The position numbers and the translations under genes are program-made. The notes beneath the pieces were generated by a model. That model was not told the origin of the DNA. It worked only from the letters and a program-made list of their open reading frames with translations, and did not search any database. From the NCBI GenBank assembly GCA_010015805.1, contig ML978124.1:1798001-1862000 (forward strand): 64,000 nt of DNA. Direction: 5' to 3'. The number at the start of each line of letters is the position of its first letter. The stretch's first letter is position 1. Source of the DNA: Rhizodiscina lignyota (Eukaryota). Below, piece after piece: positions 1-11,368 of the stretch.

Positions 1-1138
1 GCGACGGATGGCTGGCACGTCACCTGTCAACCTTGATGCTCTTACGCGCCGCTAGTTTCACTATCAGTTGCTATCAGTTGCTGCAGAAAGGGTGCTTGAA
101 CGACCTGATGCATATCGCTCTCTTCAAATCTCCATTCTGAGCGGTTCTCTGACATCATAGTGGGGAAATCGTCCCAATCGTTCCCGTCCTGACACGCGGC
201 TGGCAGATGTGGAGCGATCACCCAAAGCCTCAGAAGCCGACAAGGCATGCGACTTGCGTTGCACTATTGCATACCACGCATCTGTCAGAGCTAAAGGCCA
301 TAGAAAACCGTTTTATTGTATCCAATGGACACCATAAGCTTTGACCGAAGCGAAACTCCCGAGCCGTCCTGCAGCCCCTCCATCCACACTCGGACACGAC
401 GAAAATGCATGAATCTTCACCATGGAACCTCCATGACTTCGAATGGCAATCATATGCAGCTTGCCAAACCCTGGGGTGTCACTTCTTCCGATTTTGATCT
501 CTGATCTTTAACATCCCAGGTTCAAATCTGCGATCTCTTTCTGGCATTCGATCTCACTCCAGACCGTGAGGCCCAAGCTCATAAGCGTGGTAGTTATCTG
601 GTCCTCAATTGTACAACCACGGGAGATCAATGGCTCGCCTACACTCTCACAAGTATCCGAGTGCGAGCCAATCACTAGGAACAGGTGAGGCAAGTATGCA
701 TCTCACTAGCGCTTCGTTCCTAAATCTGGATCATACATGGTCACCGGGCATGCCGCCGTCGCCTATCTCTCACAACCTTTTTTTTTCCGTCTATACTTTT
801 ATTTTACAACTTGAGGTGTGCGATTTTCGACTTCTTCCACACCAATAAACCACCGAACCTTCTTGCTCGCTCTGAGCCTCACTCCCAGACCTGGCCTGCC
901 CACGTTCACCACTTGAGGACTGCACCCCTCTTAACTACCTACGTGCCGTACCAGCCAAGTCTCCTTCTATTCGCCAGACTAAAGAGCTTTAATAGAGGAA
1001 AGTTTTACAAGGCTCTCCTCCTCCAAGCTCGAGAAGTTGGATTCCCACATATCAAACGACTCAACCCTTAAGGGTTCGCCGTCTCCCACACGTTCGGCCC
1101 CCGGTACGCAGTATCTAAATTCTCAACCACGGGCAGCG

Positions 1139-2982
1139 ATGTCAGGCGAGTCGTCTGTACCCGGAGCAACTGGTAAGATATCCGCTCCCCAACTTCAGCT
1201 TCAGAGACATGCTGACACGCTGGAAGCACACCGAGCATCCGTCTCCGAGCCGGAAGCGACGCCGCGGCCTCCACCTGACGCTTCAAGGTCTGGCAGAGAA
1301 TCCGCACAAGCAGGAGGTGTAATCGGCCCGCTCGGCTACAATGGCGAAGACACGGAAGAGAGGGAGCGCCATCTACGATTCGGTCCGCCGCCCGACGATT
1401 GGAGAAGTTATTGGGATCGAAAACGTCATGAACGCGATTGGTATCCCGAATATGACGGCCCACAGAGGTATCCTGGAGACTACTACGATCGCCCACGCTC
1501 ATCTGGTATATACAGAAGTGGTAGCATGAGGGAGCGAGGCCCGCATGTCGTATACAGACCTGGAAGGTATTCTGATGGGCCTGGAAGGTATTCTGATGGG
1601 CCTGGAAGATATTCTGATGGGCCTGGAAGGTATTCTTATGGACCTGGGGATAGGGAAAGCTTTGATCGCTATCGGGAACGCCGTAGCGTGCCCCCACCTA
1701 AGGTGCCAAAGGAGGATGCGGAAGAATTCTATGATAGCGAGGAGGATTATACATACAGCAGGAGAGGTGGAGATGGAGGTGTTAGAGGAGGCGGCCGCGG
1801 CCCACCTCCGACAGAAGGGTCTTCTGAAGAGCCCATGAGGTATGTCTTGAGACGGCTAATCACATGAAATGGTTGATTGAAGTTGACGTTTTGGACAGGT
1901 TGCCCTGGATCGGCTGGTTGAATGTTGTTGCTAAAGGCCGTAAGTCATTTCCCAACGAATACCAGCCGCACTGTACTTAATAGTCGCTTTAGACTTCATA
2001 GCAACATTAGGCGAATTTATAGGCACGACAATGTTCCTCCTCTTCGCCTTCGCTGGGACTCAAGTCGCAAATATCGGCGCGCGATCGAATGACAACACAA
2101 CAACCGGAGGCTCAACTGGATTCAGCCCGGTGGTACTTCTGTATATCTCGCTCTCATTCGGCTTCTCACTCATGGTCAACGTGTGGATCTTCTTCCGAAT
2201 CAGTGGAGGGCTGTTCAACCCTGCTGTGAGTGGCCCTGCCAATATCCGGCATGTCAGGCAAAAATGTCGATGCTGACAGGCTCAGGTTACGCTCGGGATG
2301 GTCCTTACAAAGGCCATCAGCGTTCCAAGAGCGATACTTCTCACCATAGCGCAGATCGCCGGGGCGATATTTGCTTCGTTTCTCGTTGATGTGCTGTTTC
2401 CGACAAAGTTTAATGTCAAAACGACGTTGTCTTCCGAAACCTCGATCGTACGTGGTGTCTTCATCGAAGGGATCCTAACGGCCGAGCTTGTGTTTGCGAT
2501 TTTCATGTCAGTACAACTCCAACCACTGGGAAACGTTGCAAGCTGATGTAGCTATCCAAGGTTAGCGAAAGAGAAACATAAAGCCACCTTCATAGCGCCC
2601 GTAGGCATCGGTCTGGCGCTTTTCATCGCTGAACTGGTGGGCGTCTTTTACACTGGAGGCAGCTTGAATCCCGCAAGGAGCTTCGGGCCGTGTGTCGTTA
2701 CCGGCTCGTTCGATCAAGAACATTGGATATATTGTATGTGTCCCTTCTCGTATTCTGTGCTCATCTTCTCAAGAAGTGCGGTGCTCACCGTTCATTGCAG
2801 GGGTAGGACCAGCCGGCGGCTCGGTGGCGGCTGTTCTATTCTACAGGTTCATTAAGATTCTGGAGTACGAAATGGCTAATCCAGGCCAGGATGAAGAGGA
2901 TCCGGAAGAAGCAGGACGAGTGGCACGGGAAATGCGGGAGGAGAAGATCAGAGCCTCTGCCAGACAGCAGAGCGAAGTATGA
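1139..2982 (+). CDS. Classical fungal aquaporin (MIP family) with long disordered N-terminus; 6 exons
   Basis: GT-AG introns at 1840-1898, 1940-1992, 2226-2285, 2507-2560 and 2734-2800 join into one frame: LPWIGW..HFIATLGEFIGTTMFL..SGGLFNPAV..LAKEKHKATF..GGSLNPARSFGP..HWIYWVGP..LEYEMANPGQD. Both NPA motifs are present. First in-frame ATG is 1139 (the track ORF starts at TTG 1037). Confidence 0.95.
1559..1647 (+). repeat. Coding 21-bp tandem repeat (~4 copies, GPGRYSD)
   Basis: (cctggaaggtattctgatggg)n in aquaporin exon 1 translates as RPGRYSDGPGRYSDGPGRYSDGPGRYSYGPG. Confidence 0.95.
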
Positions 2983-3254
2983 GTTCACCGGCCCTGGAAA
3001 GTGTTGGAATGCAACTTTACGAACGCATCGGATGGTAGAGTGCAGGTCATTCTGCAGTGACTGCCGCTGCTCGAGGAATTCGCCCGGTTATGGTTGGTTT
3101 CGCATAGTGCATGTTTAAGGGCGCAAACTCACTAATAGAACGTACATACAATCCGGGCGATGTGATAAGGCGTTAGCTAGTGCTATGAGCTTGTCTCGAA
3201 ACAACATATGACACGATATAGGACATAAAGTACAGGTTAAGTCTATTGTGTCCG

Positions 3255-6102
3255 CTATAGGCCTTGATCCGCAGGGCGGGTGTTTGTCTTGATCCAAGCT
3301 CGAAGACTGTCCGCGTGTTTCTTTGCTGCAACGGTGTCAGGATGTTCCTCTCCCAGAACCTTGCGCGCAAGCCAAAAAGCCTTCCGGCTCATCTCTTCTG
3401 CCTCTTGATATCGCTCCTGCACATGCATCAAGCTGGCTAGATTTCTCCTCACCGTTATTGCATGCGGATGTTCCTCCCCAAGGATCTTGATGTAGAAATC
3501 AAGAACTTCTCGCAATTCCGACTCGGCGTCGTCGTAATGACCTTGCAGTTGCAAAATGCCGGCAATGTGCATCTGAGTGCGCAGCGTGGTGGGATGGAGG
3601 CGGCCAAGTGCACGTACACGGCCAGTAAAGGCTTCGGTATGTGCTTCCCAAGCGTCTTCCAGCTTCTTCTGTTGCTGCAATACCGTCCCCAGGTTGCTAA
3701 CAGCAGAGAATATTGACGCGTCGGAGGGATCCAAATGTTCCTTCCGCCACTTCAAGACGCGTCGGAAGGTTTCTTCGGCTTCTTCATATTTCCTCTGCTT
3801 TTGCAGTGTCCCTCCCAGATTTATGAGAGTGGTCATGAGTTGCTTCTCAGCTTTGCCGACATTCGTTTCGTAAGCGCTGACAGCTTGTCGGAGGATCTTC
3901 TCAGACAAGTCATATTCGCCTTGGTTCCTATATATAAATCCGAGATTGTTCAAGCTTGCCAGCGTGTCAGGGTGGCTGGGCCCAAGGAGCTTTTCTCGTT
4001 GCTCAAGAACTTGAAAGGCCAACTCCTTAGCTTCTTTGTAGCGTCCAAGCATACGCAAAACGGCTGCCTGGTCACTCAGTGCCCTAAGACGGCTTTCTGG
4101 GCGTTGCTCAGAAGATGCCAAAATCTCAGCAGCAAGTGTGGCATAAGGCAACGCTGACCCTGGTCTTCCTTGTTCTCTCAGGGTGAAACTAACACTCATG
4201 GCCAGACTTCCCATCGATGTGGAGTGATTCGGACTCTGTCGTAGCAACGGTTCGTTCACAAGGTGTTGCGCGTGCGGCAGTAACGAGGCATCCAACAAGA
4301 GTTGACCTTCGTTATCGGTCGTGTGCGGAGGTAAGTGAGTTTTGAGCGTGTCCACGGCAATGTCGAAGTAGCGTTGCTGCTGACCAGTGGCTCGCAACAA
4401 ACTTCGAACGGCTAATCGTACAAGCGGATGCATGATGTAGGTCTCATTTGCGGTATCGGCACGAACGACGAATGTCGACTTGAGAAGGCCTAGTGCTTTC
4501 GATGTCTCGAATTGATCAGCGGCCCTTGGCAACAAGCGTGTCGAAATGGCGCAGTCTTCGAAGCAGCTCATAACTTTGAGAGTATGCATCGCGAATGGAT
4601 CTTCCTTCGATATGCGCTTGAACAATATCCAAAACCTCTTGATGCATGCTGTCCCTTTCTGTTCATGGCCCGCAGACGTTATATCTTGCTGCAAGAGTCT
4701 GCACCGACAATCTTCATTCTCTTCAAAGCATCTCAGATATCTCTCTATGTCCATATCGCTGTTCGCTATGAAGGATGCGGCTTGCTCGATCGCAGCAGGA
4801 AAGTAGGATAGAGCCTGGACAAGTTTTGAAGCAGCTTCGTCGGTGGAATGACTATCACCAGATCGTGTTCTGATCAGGCGTTCTGCATCCGCACGATCGA
4901 GGCCATTCAATTGGACAATGTTCTGGGCTGACACAATCTCCCGAGCAAGCCTCTGGTCTGTGGTAGTCACTATAATTGCACCACGGCCTGTCCTAGGAAG
5001 TAGATCCGTGAGAGGGACCTTATCTGGGTCGGAGATGGTGTTGTTCAGCCCGTCGACGAATAGGACCCAAGGGTCCGCAAGGTCCTGTAGCCATTGCTTG
5101 ACGTGCTCACAACTTGTTATCTCGGAAGTCGGAGCATTCTCGATTGATGCCTGACTTGCGATCTGTCTGTATTCGTCCTCAAACGCCGGTCGCGTCTTGT
5201 AATTGATACAGAAAACCTGAATCGCATATCCCTGAATCCGCAGTCGGTTTACCTGTTTCGAAGCGACATGAGATTTCCTGAAGGTAGTCAGATTCAATAT
5301 TGAGTCTCGTCGTACGAGAGCAAGGCGACTTGAGCGACTTTTGTAAGAACTTGACATACCCAGACCCGGGAAGCCCAACAAAGGCAATCCGCTGAATCTC
5401 TTGATCTTTCTGCGTGGAAAATACGTCAAACGACTCAATTTTCGAAGAAAGGCTTGATGGATTCGTTTCGGCCGCTGTTATGGAGGATGCACAACTCAAG
5501 CTGCTTGCTGTGGTCTGTTGAGGGAGGTCTGACGTGGCCATAGACCCGTCCTTTCCAAGTACCTTTGCAATTCTTAGCTGCCAGTTCCATGTGCCAAAGT
5601 TTGGAGACATAAAGAGACTTACAACAGTGCCTTTGAGCTCAATATTTCCCAGCGTAGAGCGCAATGCCTTGACGTCTGAGCCGATGATGGCAACAACAGC
5701 GAATGTGAGACTGCTCTCACACTGCCTGATCAGCTTGAGGTGCTTTTTGACTTGCTTTACAACGCGATCCCACGCGAGAATCAATTTTGCTCTGGACAAG
5801 GAGCGTCGTGTCCGACTACTATTCGTGGATCGGAAACCATCGATGCACTTCATCAACTCCTGACTGTGCTCGCTGCAGTTTCCGAGGAGTCCCAGAATGA
5901 ATTTATTTTCGGCATATTGGCCCTCGAGAGCGCTAACCTGGGCGCCAATGTCGGACGCCCTGGTATATATTCCATCCAGAGCCGAGAACCCGTCGCGAAT
6001 CAATTCAGCCTTCCCGGAGAGCCACTTGACAGCCTTGATGCTGTAGCCCGTCAGTTGAGAAACGGCGGCAACGAGGCCGATCAGGGCGATCGCTTCGGCC
6101 AT
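3255..6102 (-). CDS. Fungal NLR-like STAND protein: HeLo-like/SesA-type N-terminus + NB-ARC-type NTPase + TPR repeats; 3 exons
   Basis: Introns 5622-5563 (60 nt, in frame) and 5359-5278 join track ORFs 5179..6102 and 3255..5438. The second intron splits Walker A, restoring GLPGSGKS. Also present: Walker B-like WVLFVDG, AIIVTTTD, YFPAAIEQAASFI, MHPLV and ~42-aa TPR units (HPDTLASLNNLG, HPTTLRTQMHIA, HPHAITVRRNLA). The N-terminus MAEAIALIGLVAAVSQL is typical of fungal STAND N-terminal helical domains. Confidence 0.9.
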
Positions 6103-6743
6103 GGCATCGGGCCGTGCCGCCTCCAGGGGCAGCGAGCGGGAGGCCTGAAGGAAGAGGAGGAGGTCGTACAGACCTCATTTTCCGGTGAAATAGAGAGGGC
6201 CTTATAACCACGCTGCCACAAGGCTATCAGAAAGACTTTGGATGCAAGCCTCTCCGGTCAAGAGAGCTCGGTGAGCGGGGAATGCAAGACGCTATCCAAT
6301 GTTGTTGCGTCGCGAACCATCAGCTCCTGCAATGCCAACTGTGTGGCAAGCCTCATGTCGCTTGGGGTTAAGGAGGTGTTCAGGAGCGAGGCAGGCTGCA
6401 TGATGAGGCATCAAGGCATTGACGTGTCTGCACAGCCTTCCTCCTCCAATGCTCCAATAATGGGTTATCAGAGGGGAAGCTACCTGAACTCGCGGCTCTG
6501 CGCGCTGAAGTTTTCAGAGGGCAATTTACAACGCGGCGATAGATTTAGCTAAAACAACAAAATTTGCCATGACATTGTACATGCATCTAAGTCTACATCG
6601 TGGGGTAGGACATCTAGATTTAGAGAGGAAATTCCACCCGACCGAACCCAACATATTCAGCAAAATATCAAAGCAATATTCTTCTGCTCCTGTTAAAACA
6701 ATTGAAATCACATGCCACATACTCAGACAATAACAGCAATATT

Positions 6744-7891
6744 TCATAGGTCCTCCCCTTCGTCACTCGTAATCGGGTCTGGCGCGTCTGGCGCCAGAGC
6801 CATAAAAGAAACAGGTGGTGCTGGACAGAAAGGATCCAAGTTTGACCAGGTAAACCGGCCAACTTCTGTTGAAAGGAAACTAGACAAAAGAAAATCGGTG
6901 CCAGGGAACCGGCAAACTTCTGATAGGAAACCCAAGGATGAGCCTCGCGACGATAAGGAAAACGGATGGGCGCATTGCCCGGAGATATGCAAGCGAGGTA
7001 GACACTCTTGCTCCCCAGGATGCGTGGGTACGCGTTCAATCCGTTGCGCCATCTGTGTGCAACCGTCGCTCTCTATGGAGTGCAGCCCCGGGTCGAGATC
7101 TGCATCCACCGTAGAGAGAACGTTGGCAGAGCTCTTCGAGCCCGAAGTAGAGATCTCTTCTGTTGATGGATGGCACAACGCGGATCGAAGTGTAGTGCTT
7201 TTAAGCACTCGAACCGATGCGATAGTCTCGAGTTGCTTTTGCAACTCTTCAAGCGTCGACAGAGTCTTGTCGAAACGATTAAGTCGAGTCGGGCCGATGT
7301 CTGGTACGGTGGCAGTTGGGCTACCCATGCGCCGCAAAGCCATGAATGCCATCCCTACGAGAAGTTAGCGAGAGTGTGAAAGACAAAGAGAATGCATTTC
7401 AGACTATGTAGGAGCCCGGGGGTAAAGCCATGAGAGTACAGCGACGGCACAGCGTGAGTGGGTAACGTGTACGCGTCTATGACTCCTCCATTTCTAGTTC
7501 CATCTTTGCCATTTGTGTCGTCCGTTTCGATACGAAGAGGAGCTGGAGAGAAGTGCCGTGCGTTCTTTAGCCGTCCAGGAGAGCCATGAGGATTGCTCCT
7601 GTTGGCCTCAAAGGGATTGTCTGGCTCAAAGTCAATCACGGTCTTCACGGTCGCGACTGCTCCGCCTTCGGCAGGGAACGATGAGAGCGAGATGAGATTC
7701 TGTATTGACCCCGTTGAAGGAAGGGCTTCGGGAATGTCAAAGGATAAGAGATCCGAACGGAAACTCAGGTTTGACAATGGTATGCGGTGTAATCGCGACT
7801 TTGGAGAGGGATTTGAAGCATTTTGCCTGGTCGGGCAGAAACGCAAAAAAGTGCCAGTCATGGCTGAGGGGAAACAAGACAAGAAAGCCAT
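6744..7891 (-). CDS. Possible orphan two-exon gene (hypothetical)
   Basis: ORFs 7355..7909 and 6744..7352 abut. A strong branch/acceptor (gctaacttctcgtag) precedes the second, and a weak gtctga donor ~50 nt upstream would join them in frame. No recognisable domain. Confidence 0.3.
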
Positions 7892-8355
7892 TATTTTTGT
7901 TGAGTGCAACTCTGAACGAAGCTCTCAATGAAATCAGAACAGGGCGTAGGAAGATGTTGTAGTATTGCGAGCATCCGTTGTTAGAGTTGGGCAGCAGTTG
8001 GAGAGACGGAGGAGGGGAGCGTAGATCAGGCTTTTATATGTCTGAATGCCAAGCATCGCTTCGCTCGCTGATGACTGGATCATGGATGGCTGCCTTACCC
8101 AGGCGGCAGACAGACCTCCTTCTACTCAACCCAAGTGCATCCGTACATGTGACTGGTTGGTGCACTCTATACGTGGCGCTTTTTTGGCACGTTTCGGCAG
8201 AGTGATTCCACCTGGACGCTGTCCACGATCATTCAAGAGGCCATGGAATCTGTCCTCCAGGTTTACCATCTAGTCCGAGGCATTTTGCCATCTTTCCACA
8301 ACTGACGTCCTTCCTCGGTTGCATTGCAGAGCCGCTTGGTGCATCCAGATCCAAA

Positions 8356-9667
8356 ATGGACCCTCAGTGGCAATGGGACGAGGGCAGGCAGATGCATTGT
8401 TACTATGTTCCTGAAGAAGATGCATTCCATTACCAGGATGGAAATGTAATCCCCAACGACCAGCCTCTACATGCACAGCCTAGGACAGGCCGAAATGCTC
8501 CCCAAAGAGGGTATGAATATGTGCTATCGCACATATCATTGTACAAGTATAATTCTAATCCGATTTTGACAGATCCCACCCTAAGGGCTCGAATCGGAGC
8601 ACTATGGGTTCCCCATATCAGAGCGCTCCGTCACCCTTTCTGATGGATCCTCAAAGCACGTTTCAGAGCGACCTGAGTTCCGTGTATGAGCCGGCTTCAT
8701 CATCATTTCCGGTGGATGCTCAAGGCATGTTTCAAAGCGACTCTTATTACGCAGTTAATACTTCTCCGATGCCACGTCTCAGAAACCGTCCAAGCATGCA
8801 TCAGGGCGCTATCGGTCCCCCATTTGAGAGTCCTCCTGAGCCGTACCGCCTGAGTACTAGTAGTCGCGGACTATCAACTTCAGCCCAACCATCTCATCTT
8901 GACCCTAGTAAGTCAACAGCCCTGTAATAACAAAAAGCAATCACTCAAGGCTCTTAGGATTCGAAGTCAAGAATAAACCGCGAAAATACTTCAAGAAAGG
9001 CAGAGTCTTTAGAACATACTGGGCAGAACCTGGTGTTGATGGCCACACTGACAGAGCGACATTCAATGAACCAAAGTTCGGCGAGCCAGTTGCTGCCAAA
9101 ATCCGGTGGTTTCTTGTTGTTGAAGCGCACCACGGCCATTGCCTCTGCGTTCCGATAACAAGGCACGGCGGTAAAGCCACATTGAAGTCAGGGGTCAATC
9201 CACGCAATTACACTGCCCTGGTCCCACAAGGCCAGAAGCCTGCTTACCTGGAAGGGGAAGAGCATTTTAATAGACCATTGCACATCATTGTCGAGAGCGA
9301 TGACGAAATTGACATCGCTTCCAGGGTCGATTTCAGCAAGATTCTTACTGTGGAGTACAACATCAAGGTCGCCACGGTTGGCCGGATCGTGCCAGACGAC
9401 ATGAAATATGTTAAGACTTTGCTCAGGAGAATTGCGCTTAAAGACACAAACGACTCGGACGATTCTGGGAGTGGGGGGGAGGGTGCGGACGATGACCCAG
9501 GTGAAGATGAAGAGAATGGCAAAATTCAGACCTCCTCAACAATGTCGAGTTTTGGTCTACAACGTCCCGGTTCCAGTCCTATGCAACGCTATTTGAACGA
9601 ACCCCCAGGCATAACTGAGAGTCTCTTGGCCCAAGAAGAGCAAGGCAACCAAAGAAAGAGGAGATGA
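8356..9667 (+). CDS. DUF6590-type fungal protein with PemK/MazF-like motifs; 3 exons
   Basis: Introns 8511-8572 and 8908-8957 give MDPQWQWDEGRQMHCYY..[P/S-rich]..RFEVKNKPRKYFKKGRVFRTYWAEP..AKIRWFLVVEAHHGHCLCVPITRHGGKATLKSGV..SRVDFSKILTVEYNIKVATVGRI. This matches my recollection of the DUF6590 pattern. Confidence 0.8.
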
Positions 9668-11368
9668 ATATCCGGCGACGCAACCCTTTGAGCGAAGAGA
9701 ACAAGTTATCACAGGCCGGTGTCTGATCAAGTCACGAGGCACATCTGTGGAAGAAGAACAAAACGAACCCATTCCAACACCGGAGGCAACATCAACCAAT
9801 GCACTTCAATCGGATACCGCCATCCCATTCAGGAGTACAACCACATCGCCACTTCTCGGACCTTGCTCCTGTCTCACGCGTCCAGCCTTCTCCGCTCCAG
9901 CGCAACTAGGCCTTGAAACCATCTGTTTGCTACTACTGTTCACCTTCTTCCTTTGACATGCTGATATGTTCAGCGCCGCTAAAGGACGTATTCAGCGAAT
10001 TTGCAAGTATGTGCTCCCGTGACAGCTTCCCGACCCCGGGGCCAGTGTATCGTAAAGCTCGATCTAACTGACACAACATGCAGCTCCGCAAACATAAGAT
10101 ACCCTTTCCTACGAACGCAGTCCACATCGCCGAGATCGACGGTGGATATGAACAGCCACGACGACGTCGAATACGTCCAACGGCCCCGTTACGAGTTTAT
10201 TGTTACCCACATACGAAATTGGAATCATTTTGAATGTTTTCGTGGGTGGAATGGCACACACCGCTGGGGATACTCCAAGACGTGGTCGTGGAGAACTCTG
10301 CTATGGCTTCTCAATACCGCGACACCTTTATTTCATATTTCATCTCGTGAGATTACTGCTCGGCTTTTGCAATTTGTATTAGCTCTCTCCGTATTAGAAT
10401 AATTTGCACCAATGCTGCCTCTTTGTTGGTCACGTTGAATGGAACCATCTCCTCTCAACTGTACCTCACGCATGACAGCTGCGACGGAGCGACGGCTTGC
10501 CTTCACTATGCCGACTGTACTATCATTTGTGATAGCTATAACAGCGCTATCAATCCCAAACGTCGCAACTCCATGTGCTGTCCCTTGGTCTTGGCTGTGT
10601 GGTATGTACGGGTAGTCAATCAAATGCAGCATTGTCACCCTGCGTAGCAAAGCACAATCACGGCATACACAAACAAGCATATCCTTTGAACTCATCGATT
10701 CTCGCATATAAGGAGGTAGTTACGAACCAGAGCAGAGGAGCAGAGCAAGGGAGCAGCGATCGTGCTTCAGATTCCGGCCATAAAAACAAAGCTACACTAA
10801 AGCCACCGAAAACATCACCAAAAAAGGGACTGGAGGTTACTAGCTCGCCGCAAACGCCCGCACTAGAAGCAAATTCCACCATAAAAACCATTCTTTTCAC
10901 GAGAAAGCAAAACGGCCCGTCATTAAACGCCGCGTCCCCCATCCGCCGCGTTGCGTTGCGTTGAAGCGACGGACCCGATGCGCAGCCCACCAGACTCCGA
11001 ACCCACAGGCTCTGCACGCGTTCGGGGAGCTTTGAGAAAACGGGAAAATTTAATTCAGGATGTGAAGGACATATGTGAAGCAAGTGGGTGAGAAGGTCCA
11101 AAGAAAAAGACAGGAGAAGCAGAAAGGTGTGATTTGGGGTATAAGCAGAAAATGAGAAAATCCTGGCCGTGATGGAAAAAGCTGAAAGGGAAATTGGTGA
11201 CGAGTTTCCGAGTCTTTTGTTCAACTCCCCATCGCAACGCCGTGAGATCCAATATTAACTCCGTAAACGCGGCGCATGCGAGTTGTTTGTCACTCTACGC
11301 GTCTCCTCATTGAGAACGCCATCGCCATTTCGTTTCTGACTCCAAGCTTAGTTGAGGATGCCAGAAGA

